Assembly: GCF_006345805.1 (NCBI RefSeq)
Contig: NC_043003.1
Coordinates: forward strand, 41,850,001 to 41,914,000
DNA length: 64,000 nucleotides
DNA from: Octopus sinensis
Taxonomy: Eukaryota
Direction of reading: 5' to 3'
The translations under genes and the position numbers were made by a program. How positions within the stretch are numbered: the first letter of the stretch is position 1; the number at the start of each line of letters is the position of its first letter. The notes below the pieces were generated by a model. The model saw nothing but the letters and a program-made list of their open reading frames with translations, was not told the origin of the DNA and did no database searches. Shown here piece after piece: positions 1 to 11,377 of this stretch.

Positions 1-27
1 ACACACACACGCACACACACACACACG

Positions 28-60
<33 letters not shown>

Positions 61-188
61 GTATATATATATATATATATATTCAGGGTGGGCCAAAAGC
101 CGAAGTGAAAAAAAATGGTAGTTGATGCAACAGCTGAGCTGAAGCTTCCAGATTGCGTCCTACATATCGCGCCTGTCACCAGGTATTA

Positions 189-220
<32 letters not shown>

Positions 221-1282
221 TCCTCTCTCTCTTTCTCTCTCTCGTGCACACACACACACATGCACACACGCATGCATGCACGCACACATACACACACACT
301 CAAACATAAACACAGACACACACACACAGAGACGTATATGTAATATATACGAATACGCATGTATATATATATATGTAGATATATACATATATGGATGGAG
401 ATATAACGTCCATAAATTACCACGCGGCATAGTTATAGCTAACGTTACAATTGCTTTCTTAGCGCAACACGTGCATCGATATGATGCATGTAGGTATACA
501 TGCGCGTATACCTTGTAGCTCAGGCATTAATTTTCCATTCATCTTCTTTGGAGCATTGGTACGTAAACGCAAGAAGGCGGCAAGTAAATTATTCAAGAGT
601 ATGCACGCATACACACACATATATATGCATGAATTAGATATTTCTCTCTCACAAATAATACGAGGTATGAAATTTGGGCGGGGGCATTACTTTGCATTTT
701 TGAATTACAAATTAGTGTATAAACCAAGATCAAAAACATGTATCCTTTCATTCTCTCGCTCGCTCGCTCGCATTCTCAGATTTTCGAATTCATTCTCATT
801 GTATTTGTGACCGTGACGTATGTTTATGTGTGTTTATGCTTAGTAGAAGGTATATTTATGTTAGGTATATTTATACAACGATGAGAGAGTCAGACCCTCT
901 TCCAACGAAGTATCACATTTCTACTCAGGTATCTCATACTCAAATACGCTCGTTATACCAACAAAATCTCTGGAGTGATGAAATAGTAGTAACACATGCC
1001 TCACACAGCATCTAGTAAGAACAAGTTCTGTAAGAAAGTGAAATTGGAAATCTATGCATGATATGAAGTCAGAGATGTTTTTTTTTGTTTTTACATTATA
1101 CTTTTAGTATATTTTTCTGCAAGGAACGTGTCGACAGTGGCTGTCAGCTAAATATCATTTCTATCATTCTCTTAAATTAGGAAAGAGTCCACTAGTGTGT
1201 GTGTGTATATATATATATGGGGGGGTGCGTGTGTGTGTGTGCGTGTGTGTGTGCGTGCGTGTGTGTGTGTGTATTTTGTATA

Positions 1283-1343
<61 letters not shown>

Positions 1344-1361
1344 CACATACATATTTATATA

Positions 1362-1568
1362 CGAGGTCTGATCAGTAAGTATCACCACTGTTGATATATT
1401 AACGAAGCTAGACCACTTAGATTAAAATCGCTTGGCACAAATTGACCTTGAACTCTGCTGTGCATGCGCAAGTTGTAACTACATAACTCTCTGCTGCCGC
1501 CAACAACAGTGCTTGGAAGTAATATGTGTAGCAAGTGATCGTCGCATTGACCATGACAGAGAAAATTG
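1362..1568 (+). mobile_element. Mariner transposon 5-prime end (TIR plus first codons of transposase), truncated
   Basis: TA at 1360-1361 is followed by CGAGGTCTGATCAGTAAGTATC, a mariner-type terminus. A leader runs to ATGACAGAGAAAATT (MTEKI), like a mariner transposase start, and similarity then stops. Confidence 0.65.
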
Positions 1569-1569
1569 T

Positions 1570-1957
1570 CATGGTAATACCTGCTCGGAGGCCTGCGCAA
1601 ACGACTATAAAATTAAATTGAGAATTAACAAACGGCTAGGGACACATGCCATACGCCCACTACTCAATTCAGACTTACAACACAAATTCACTGCGACGCA
1701 TTTTTTGTCTTCGAAAGACCGTGCTCTTCTTAACATTATCCCCCAAAACAAAGCGAATAAGGAAATGATCCGATCCCCTTCAAACAAAACCTGAGTAAAT
1801 TTCTTCGAAGGTAAAAGATAGGTCACCCATATGTATATACCTCTCTATCAATAACAACCCCATCCTTCAATGGGCCACGATACCTCAAAACATGAATTAA
1901 AATAACTTTAACAGATAATTTGAGGAGATGCTATAGAGTTAGATATCGCCTGGGACA
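1570..1957 (-). mobile_element. Decayed retroelement fragment, probably Penelope-like RT
   Basis: Shares about 140 bp (1809-1957) with 3763-3902. Minus-strand translation is only weakly RT-like. Confidence 0.3.
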
Positions 1958-2569
1958 CTCTTTGGCCGAAACAGTCTGCAAAAATACATTTTCAAATGGC
2001 TGCATTCCTAATTGAAGGCAACACGTGATTCTAGTATGTCGACTTAAATACGCAGGGACCTTTTTGCGTTGGAAGTAACATGGGTTGTGGCTAGGGCTTT
2101 ACATAGTTATTTCCGTGAAAAAAAGTTCAGATTAGTTTCATTAATACGGACACACACTTAAACACACATATACTCTCAGATCCCCCCACACACAATATAT
2201 ATATGTATTATATATATATATATATATATTCGTTTGTATATGAATATGTGTGTATGTGTGTGCGTGTGTCTGTGCATTTTTGCGTGTGCATGCATGTGTG
2301 CGTGAGTGTGTTCGTCTGTGTGTGTGTGTGTGTGTGTCTGTGCGCGCGTGTGTGTGCGTGCTTGCGTATAATGTAATACGAGAAAAAATATTTATTGAAT
2401 ATTTTACAATTTAAACTTCCTCGGTATGTAAGTATTCTTGATAAACTTTTCAGGTAGGTAAGTCTTCGGGAAATGCCACCTGTAAAAAAAAAGTCACCGA
2501 AAAATGTTGCTAGAAGAAAAAGTTCCCAAAAGTTGATGGGTCACAAGATAGCAATGTAACATTATATGA

Positions 2570-3902
2570 AGAGAGAGAAAAAGCTAGGTTAGCAAAAACT
2601 TCAGAAAGAACTTTGTATGTTGTTGCAGTAACTGCAGAAATTCAAGTGGTGGATGATCTGTTCATTAAATGTAAACGATAACTCAATTACTATTTCCTTA
2701 TAAAAGACTACATATCGCTAATTATATGTTTGTAGAAAGTGATACATTATTAGTAGAAAGAAGACCGTGAAATGTATGGGAGGAATTTATTGAACATAAT
2801 TACACTGGAGGGAGTACATAGGTTTATAATTAAAGAATGTAAAGTAAAGATTGCTAATTGTTTCGAATATTAACAGTAAAAATAATATGGCTTTTTATTG
2901 TCAGTAGAGCTGACGTGTCAAATATTAGGGTTGTGTGAAAAGCAATAGAATTTATATGTAGTTGTGATTTAATGAAGGGTGGGAAACAAATATATAAAAG
3001 AAAACATCTGTTGTTGAGGAAAAAGACTTATTGATATTATGTAGATAATAATATGAATATCGCTGACATTGTAAGATTAAGACTGGTTTCCCGGAATGGG
3101 GGAAATCGGTTACATCGACCCAAGTGCTCATGCTCTGGAATTTCCTTTATCGATTCCGGAACGACGAAAGGCAAAGTCGACCTTGCCGGAGATGAAACTC
3201 AGATCGTAAAGACGGGCGAAATGCTGCTAAACAATTTCCACAGCCTACTAAAGATTCTGTCAGTTCGTTACCTTAAACTTTAAGATTAATATTGAAATAA
3301 ATCTGTACACAAAGGACAATTTTATTCCAATTAAGCGAGAAGGGAAGAATGCGTGTTGCAATATAATAATGCAACTATGGAAAGTATTCATTGAATAGGT
3401 TTATAAAGTAAAGTATATATTGAGAGTTATTGATGGATTAGTTGACGTACTGTGGTGGAACCATAGTGGTTTAAAGCACCTTGATGTTTTGTCGTTAAGT
3501 TAGCATTTCTATAGAACATTCTTTTAGGAGTGGTATGTTGATAAAAAAGGTTTCTCATATATCAAATGTAAAAATGTCGGCAGATTTTCTGTCTATGAAT
3601 CCGGAGTCTGTAGTGTGAAGTATATTCCATTCTCTTTTCTAATTACTATTTTCGAATTTTATCTAAAAGTTTACTTCAAAGCAGAATTATCACGGCTTTC
3701 CATTTGCCTGCAAAAGGAACTGGAGTTTAATCAATGACATTAGCTAAAAGGACTACATATCAAAGGTAACAGATAGGTCACCCATATGCATATACCACTC
3801 TATCCACCCTTCAATGGGCCATGATACCTCAAAATATGAATTAAAATAATTTTAACAGATAATTTGAGGTGATGCTATAGAGTTAAATATAGCCTGAGAC
3901 TC
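2570..3902 (-). mobile_element. Decayed Penelope-like retroelement fragment (RT region), interrupted by a SINE
   Basis: A-rich on the minus strand with scattered residues resembling Penelope RT segments (e.g. SGFIDRKSADIFTF). Many stops and frameshifts; judged by eye. Confidence 0.35.
3075..3270 (-). mobile_element. SINE family B copy (diverged)
   Basis: Reverse complement resembles 14084-14290 (CAGAATC..TAG, TGAGTT...GGTCGACTTTGCCTTTC..TCGATAAA). Confidence 0.6.
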
Positions 3903-4324
3903 ACTTCCCATCGTCTTCTACGCAATGTAATGCATGGGGGTCTTGAGCATGCGTTTGTGATCTTTTGGATAGTCAATAGTGAACGTAAAATTGCAATACA
4001 TGCTATAAAGTTTTGACGTTCCCAGGCTAAATGTAGATATGTGAAAGTTAGATTTGGGTTCTGTAAAGTTAGATGAGTGTAATAGAGTAAGGAAATTTCG
4101 ACACAAATTTTGTTTCAAAAGCTATGATACTTGTCATTTAGTGAGTTATGCTTAACAGTTGAAAGAAGTAGGCTATCTATATCGTTTTCATTGACGTTTT
4201 CGAAGTGCTATCGTTTTCTATATGCATTATACCTATTGATTAATTTGTATGAGTTGTAAATTGCACCAGTCAGAGAAATTCTTAATTTTTACATTTCAAA
4301 ATAATTTAATGGTTTTTAATTTTG

Positions 4325-4430
4325 ACACAAGGACAGTAATTTTGGGTGGCCGGTTGCGTCGACCCCAAGATCAACTGGTGCTTATTTAATCGACCATGAA
4401 AACAGGAAAGGCGAAGTTGACCTCGGACTT
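4325..4430 (-). mobile_element. SINE family B partial copy
   Basis: Reverse complement contains GAGGTCAACTTCGCCTTTC..GGTCGATTAAATAAGCACCAG..GGGGTCGAC, as in the other family B copies. Confidence 0.55.
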
Positions 4431-4585
4431 TTAAAAAGTAATTTATGAAACTTATGGAATGATCTACTTTCTCAAAGGATTTCGCACGACATGAATTACA
4501 TACAAAGGAAAATATTTTACTGTAGAGCTGGAACTTTTCTGTACTGCTCTTGAAAGTTTGGTAAATCCTTTGAAATACGTGGAAT

Positions 4586-4880
4586 AGGCGCAGGAGTGGC
4601 TGTGTGGTAAGAAGCTTGCTTCCCAACCACATGTTTCTGGGTTTGGACCCGCTGCATAGCACCTTGGGCAAGTGTCTTCTTCCATAGCCTTGGGCCTACC
4701 AAAGCATTGTGAGTAGATTTGGTAGACGGGAATTGAAATAAGCCCGTCGCATATATACATATATATATATATATATATGCGATGTTGAAATGTTTACGCC
4801 TCCGTAACTTTCGTCTAAAGGCGGTGCTCCAGCATGACCACAGACAAATAACTGAAACAATTTAAAGAATAAAAGAGTAA
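4586..4880 (+). mobile_element. tRNA-derived SINE family A with internal (TA)n
   Basis: Head AGGCGCAGGAGTGGCTGTGTGGTAAG has an A-box-like TGGCTGTGTGG. Body GCACCTTGGGCAAGTGTCTTC, tail GGCGGTGCTCCAGCATG..ACTGAAACAA..AAAGAATAAAAG. Repeated many times in the window. Confidence 0.85.
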
Positions 4881-5896
4881 AGGTATATGGAAATTTCTCA
4901 TTACTGCGCGATTTTTACCAACAATTTCCTCTAAGCTAAGCTAGATGTTCTTTTTCCTGGGAATTATAGACCTGGCTACCCGAAGTCTTCTTTTCTATGA
5001 AATGATAAAAAGCCCGAAGCAATATAAATTACTTTTTCCATTGATTACGAAACATTCTAAAAACGCCAACGATTTCTTTTCCTTGTGCGGATATTACACG
5101 TCTCTATTTTCCTTATTATTTCGCTTAATTTTTGAGTTTATATCTAATTTCGATATTCTTACAACCTAGATTAATATACTAATGCTCCTTTTAGAATTAT
5201 AATGCAACTCCTGCGAATTCATGCTCATTGTTTAATGCTACATCTATGTGTTCTTTTGTAACGTTCCCTACTGCCTTCTTTTTATAGTTATTTATCTTTT
5301 CATATCATTTTCTTTATTCATTTCCCTTTTCCTTTCTTCTCCCGATCTCTATCTTTCTTTCGAGAAGTTGATTGTAGCAAGCCCTGACAATCAAGAGACA
5401 CCACCAAGTTTAACTGATAATCACACGCCTGAGTCACGACATAATCCCCACGACACTATCTCATCAACAGCATCAAAAGACAAATATCAATCTACGTTCA
5501 TACACACACACACATACATGCACCGGCCTATACTCACAAATACACATACATATGTATACACATACGAATATACATGTGATTGCGTACGAGAGATGTACCT
5601 GTATGTTTGCTTGCGAATATGTATGTATGTATAGAATTAAAAAAAAAAACAACAACAAAAAACAAAAGACGAAGACAGGTGATATAGACAACAAATATAT
5701 ATATATTAGTTTGACGTTCGGGAAAGTGAAAAAGTCTTTAACGTTTTGAGCCTACGCTCTTCCTCAGAAAGGAACACAGAAAAAAACAAGGAGAGAAAAT
5801 GAAGAATATGTAGTGGCTAGCGATCTATCATGTATACATGTATGTATGCATATATGTATGTCTGCTATGTATGCAAACATGTATATATGTATGCAA

Positions 5897-5927
<31 letters not shown>

Positions 5928-6686
5928 TGTATGTATGTATGTATGTATGTTTGCTTATGTCAGGTCACTCTTAGTGCTACATGTTATCTAGTACAAAGTG
6001 TCAAGTGATTGTCGCTGGTAAAGAGGATAGTTTACATTGGACAACCTGGGGGAAGAAAAAGGTCCTGCGAAAAGACGGATGAATTCGGCAGAGTCAACGA
6101 CCATCCAAAAGGTGGCATTGAGAAAACCCTCGTCTTTGTTTAGAGGGCTTTGTACCAGAAAAGAAATCCAAAATTACACGTCTCTTACTGGGAAGTCGGA
6201 GAACTTCTCTCGTTTGTGTATGGATTTGAAGGTGAGTGTCTTAACTGTTTTCTGCAAGCTGATGTTAAGTTAATATTTCAGCACTAGTATAGCTGGAAGA
6301 TATTGTTTTAAATATCGGGGATAGTTAACCTTTAAGTGATGATCATACACGTCTACAGACACGATATGAATGTTTGTGTGTGTGTGTGTGTGTGTGTGTG
6401 CGTGCGTGTGTTTCTGCGTGTATGTGTAAGTATATATATATGAGGAATTACTTAAAAGTTCCTGGCTTTAAGGGTGTCGCGAAAAGCCTGGTTGGAGTCC
6501 CAACCTTTCGAGTTCCTTTACATCGCTCAGAGAATCTGAAGGATCGCTGCAATACGTGAGTGAAAATGAAAGTGGGAATATGTTGAATAAAATCATAATT
6601 AACCTATCTTCCTGTATTTTCTTTTACCCAAAGCGAGGAGCGTTTCAGCACATCCTGTATGTGAGTGTGTGTGTGTGTGTGTGTGT

Positions 6687-6725
<39 letters not shown>

Positions 6726-6820
6726 TTCTCCGAATATGATGTGTCCCCACGAAATGTGTGACATAATTAAAATGAAAGTCAACCTGAATTTCCCAAGTTT
6801 AAATATACCCGATCTGCACA

Positions 6821-7202
6821 TCTATATATATAAAAGTGAAGTTGTGTGAGTGTCTGTCTCCTACGATTTAGATCCCTAACTACTCCCACATTTTGCGGTG
6901 CAGTTTAACCAAAACCGGATATCTTATAGTCGTGATTCATATAGATCCCTTCTGGGTAATAGAGCGCGTCTATGATGAGTCTACGATTTTAAAAATAATT
7001 TACCATAATTTTTTTCCATTTTCATGCATATTTTTTAAAGGGAAGTAACTCTCTAAAAATGTCTGCGATGAGTCAACGATTTTTAAAAAATTTACCATCA
7101 TATTTTTTTCCATTTTTAATGCATTTTTTGGCTATAACTCTCTAAAAATGCTGTATAGTTATTTCCCTTACAAACCCGAGCAACGCCGGGCGATACTGCT
7201 AG
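6821..7202 (+). mobile_element. Non-autonomous Helitron (382 bp)
   Basis: Starts TC(TATATATATAAAA) after A at 6820 and ends with hairpin CCCGAGCAACGCCGGG plus CTAG (7199-7202) before T at 7203. No TSD. Contains two internal tandem units of about 90 bp (6968-7060, 7061-7149). Confidence 0.85.
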
Positions 7203-7438
7203 TCTTGTTATAAATTTATAAATGATATATTTGTAGATTTAAATACAGGTGTATCAGAACACAAACATAGTTGTGCAAGTTTCTTCGAGTTTTCTTATTT
7301 CGTGCATTGAATGTGGTGAGTATTTTAGATACAACAAAATTATTTACGTCAACATTATTCATAACTAATGAAGATCGTTACCGAGACTTTGAGTTTGCCA
7401 ATTTGCCTGAAATGTGACGCGACTCATCTATGTTGATA

Positions 7439-7474
<36 letters not shown>

Positions 7475-7979
7475 TGTGTGTGCGCGCACACACATAGAAA
7501 GACTCATAAATCTTGTCCGACTGAAAAAGTTTTCACGGGTTATGTCTGAGTGAGCTTGCTTTCAAATATTTCTGAAATTGCATATTAATATATATAGCTC
7601 TATTGCGTTAAGCTGTACTTTAACTTCTGGAGCATAAATTTTGCTTAACACATAATTCTTCAGCAACTTAACACTGTCGATCAGGCGACGTGCTAATGCT
7701 TAATGTATCATATCGCTTTTCTAAGATCTCAACGGTAATTAACCAAAGCAATATGAATAAATTATGAATTCACGCGTGCAATATACCATATAAACAAGAA
7801 TGTCTCTCGGTTTTTGACTTAAAATTAGTGTTTGTATCAATATAATAATTAATTTTGTTTGTCTCAAATAACTTATCGGTTAATTTTTAATGCATATATG
7901 TGTGCTAGAGACGTGTGTATGTGTTCATACTTACGCATACGTATACGCATATATTTAGAACTAGGTATCTAAATACAAA

Positions 7980-7992
7980 TACAAATATATAT

Positions 7993-8062
<70 letters not shown>

Positions 8063-8120
8063 TATATATATACATATATGTATATATATATACATATATG
8101 TATATATATATACATATATG

Positions 8121-8172
<52 letters not shown>

Positions 8173-8235
8173 CATTACATACGTATATATATATATAGAC
8201 ACACACACACGTATACATATATATATATATATATG

Positions 8236-8279
<44 letters not shown>

Positions 8280-8280
8280 T
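7980..8280. repeat. Long (TA)n microsatellite with TACA interruptions
   Basis: Directly visible; source of the YI-repeat ORFs at 7905-8464. Confidence 0.95.
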
Positions 8281-9521
8281 ATATGGACATGAAAACATAA
8301 GGGGAAAGTGGCAAGACACTAACATCCAATTTATGATATTTCTCACCGTGATTAATGTACGTAGTATTGTGAGGTATATTGAGTAAAGGTAAAAATTGAA
8401 ATGTAAAATGGTAAGACGCGTGTAGAGAATGAGCCAATAAAAGAAATAAATTAAATCTTGACAAAATTTTTACATGGTAGGGTGATTGACTTCCAACAAC
8501 TTCCTGTATAGAAAGAGCGATGACATTATTGTAGCGTCATTTGCATAATCAAAATAGTTTTCTTTGAAATGTGAAAAACCGTAGACGCAAAATGTGTTAT
8601 TAAAAAATGGTTCAAATTTTAGACGGGCATATGTTTCTGCTTACACAAGCGCGCTTCATCATTTCAGTGTTGTCTGGTTATTTCAATCAATTGAATATTA
8701 CACAGATGGTGTTTCTGCATTTGAATATCATTCATTAATAAATAATATGTTCTAAGACAAATTCATTTGATTTTGCAATATTTAGTGATTAGTTATTTCA
8801 TACAGAAATCGTAGCAATTTCACCTGAATTCCTATACAATAACTCATATTTTTATACGCAGTAACCTCTATTAATTTCGTAGACAAAATTTAATCTTTTC
8901 ATCAATAACAAAAAGTTTTTCAGTTAATATAGAATACATAAATGATAAATATTTTCCAATCTTGAAACAGATTCTCCAGATATTTTGGCTCAAATCAAAA
9001 CAATCCTAAAGTTTTAGGCGCAGGAGTGGCTGTGTGGTAAGTAGCTTGCTTACCCAGAATGAAACAGTAGTTGGTCTGGACTGTTACAGTCAGCAGATGT
9101 GAGTTTCAGCTCCGCGAATAGAAAAAAAAGAACAAAAATAAAAATTGTCAATTATGGCTCACTATACTGAGCAAAATACTGGGTTCTCATCACCTTGACG
9201 GTGAATTGAGAATTTTTTTGAAAATTCTTCTTTTGAATTCTAGTGGGGGTATCTCGCCAGAAAAATAAGAATAAGCCATTTGGATTACCTTTTGGAAAAC
9301 CTTTTTGGAGTATTATACAAAGGATTCCCTGTCTGTGCTATTTGTGAGGTGTTTCTTTTACTTTTCCCTTCTATTTTTTCTATCTTTCTAAATTTTGGTT
9401 CATTCTTTTGATTGCTTTAATTTCAGTTTCCTCCCCTCCTCTTTTATTTTGTTTTATTTTTCTATTCGGTTTAATTTTTTGGCAGACTGTCTTTTGAACT
9501 AATTTTGAACTGTTTTTTGAC

Positions 9522-10202
9522 ATGGCAGAGAAGGAACTTAAAAAGAAAAACTCTATCTTTGAGTGGGGAATTAACCCGCCTAAGCAATGGTTAAAAGATA
9601 TGGAGGAGAAGACGGTGGTACTTAGAACGTATTCTAAAGTTCTTAATTCCATCACCGTCTTCCCAAAACAAGTCATAAAAAATGAACTTAAAGAACATTT
9701 GTCCTCTGTAAAATATATATCCCGTGGTGTCAAACATGCAACCGTATGGTTGCTGTTTGACAACGGGGAAAAGGCTCGCCAGTTTGCGAGTCAGCCTTTA
9801 GAAGGCAAGGAAATTCTGTTTCTCCCGTCATATTGTGGAAGAAAATTAATACGAGCCAGGGTATGTGGGCTCCCCCCGGGCACCGAAGCGGATTGGATTG
9901 AAGATACCATCCGACAGGGACTGGGGGATGGCCGGCCCAGGCTCTTAAATGTAAGAGTATTGCCGGTGGTCGATTGGGAAGGGTCAAAAGCGATTTTGAC
10001 CCTGTGGACCCCATCGGCCGCAACAGAACTGGTTTTTGCAGACTTCTTGAAAATGGCTGGCTGCAGGTATCCGATGATACTTGAGGGACGTCCCCCAAAG
10101 TGTCACTCGTGTCTGCAGCCAGGCCACATTAAAAGGGACTGCCCCCAGGACCATGGTAAGGTCCTGAAACAGTCACTAGATGCCACCTCCCCTACCCGGT
10201 GA
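9522..10202 (+). CDS. Gag-like ORF1 nucleic-acid-binding protein with one CCHC zinc knuckle (226 aa, probably truncated by frameshift)
   Basis: The only long, complex ORF in the window. It has CX2CX4HX4C (CHSCLQPGHIKRDC) preceded by EGRPPK, and an upstream RVCGLPP motif, as in L1/Tx1-clade ORF1 proteins. Confidence 0.75.
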   Translation: MAEKELKKKNSIFEWGINPPKQWLKDMEEKTVVLRTYSKVLNSITVFPKQVIKNELKEHLSSVKYISRGVKHATVWLLFDNGEKARQFASQPLEGKEILFLPSYCGRKLIRARVCGLPPGTEADWIEDTIRQGLGDGRPRLLNVRVLPVVDWEGSKAILTLWTPSAATELVFADFLKMAGCRYPMILEGRPPKCHSCLQPGHIKRDCPQDHGKVLKQSLDATSPTR

Positions 10203-10792
10203 AAGGGAGAGGTGGGTGTGGTCGAGGAGGCTTCAGCCTCCTGAACTCAAAAAGGATAAAAAGGAAGAAGGGGGGCAACAATAGTTGCCCGCCGAAGGAA
10301 CCTAAGGCTTCGAAAGGCGGGGGAGAGTCTCCGGACAAAGCGGAAGAGCTCCACTCTCCCGAAGCCAGGAAGAAAAGAAAAGAAAGAAGGAGGAAAAACG
10401 GGTCATCTCAGCGGGTAGATGATGTGCCGACTGCATGTCCCGAAGTTGTTCCACTCACGGTGGAAGAAACCACCCCACCCTTAAAGATGATCAATTAATT
10501 ATCTTTTTCTACAAGGGCGGGGAGGTAGAAAAAATAGTAGAAGAACATAAAGAAACAGTAGATATGCCCTTCACTCGGGATCTCGAATGGCCTCCGCAGA
10601 TAGCTGTGGAGGTCATAAGGTTTCCCTTGTGGGAAAGGCTTAAAGGATTTGGGGAGGTGTCGCATATGGCCGGGTGGCCCTTACACGACTTACATGTCCT
10701 ACATGAGTGAGACATGGGAAATGGCGGGATACAGGAAATCAAGCGGCATTGAAGATAATGATGAATATATCGATGGATATATCGAAGAGTAG
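10199..10792 (+). pseudogene. Frameshifted probable C-terminal continuation of ORF1 (Lys/Arg-rich, then acidic)
   Basis: Overlapping open stretches lie in different frames: 10199-10498, 10435-10710, and a run reading YMSETWEMAGYRKSSGIEDNDEYIDGYIEE that ends at TAG 10790-10792. Confidence 0.5.
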
Positions 10793-11259
10793 GAGGTGAA
10801 AGACCCTCGTTACAGGGTTTGAAACCTCACCTTATTGGATTATTTTGTAATGGTTTATAACCTCAATTGTGTGCTTTAAGAAAGAAAAAAAAAAGAAAAC
10901 ATGTTAAGTAAGAGGTTTTAGTGCCTTCTCCTTGTAAGAGGTTTTGAAACGTCATATTGATTTAAAAAAAAAAAAAGAAAATATGTTTTCGAGAAAAAAA
11001 CCAATCGGCGGGTGTTGGGTTTCGTCTCTCTTTTATTCATTATATTTCATTTTCATTCATTAATGTATTTGTCCAGCCCGCAAAGCTCTTTGTACTGTCT
11101 ATATTAAAAATTTATGAAATAAAGTAGCTTGCTTACTAACCACATGGTCCTGGGTTCAGTCTCACTGCATGGCACCTTGGGCAAGTGTCTCCTACTATAG
11201 CCTCGGGTCGACCAAAGCCTTGTGAGTGTATTTGGTAGACGGAAACTGGAAGAAGCCGT

Positions 11260-11309
<50 letters not shown>

Positions 11310-11334
11310 GTGTGTGTGTGTGTGTGTGTGTGTG

Positions 11335-11377
<43 letters not shown>

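Larger units (their letters stand above)
9054..11121 (+). mobile_element. ORF1-only non-LTR retroelement (L1/Tx1-like, half-L1 type), non-autonomous
   Basis: Flanked by the perfect 15-bp direct repeat AAGTAGCTTGCTTAC (9039-9053, 11122-11136). About 470-bp 5-prime UTR, zinc-knuckle ORF, A-rich 3-prime UTR and AATAAA at 11118-11123. No RT, endonuclease, LTR or TIR is visible. Confidence 0.75.

Noticed and set aside
84-110. CAGGGTGGGCCAAAAG, resembling a Tc1/mariner TIR start
   Set aside because: No matching second TIR or transposase residue was found nearby.
8530-8550. Octamer motif ATTTGCAT, and a CCAAT/TATA-like run near 33400
   Set aside because: Short motifs are expected by chance in AT-rich DNA, and no linked transcript is evident.
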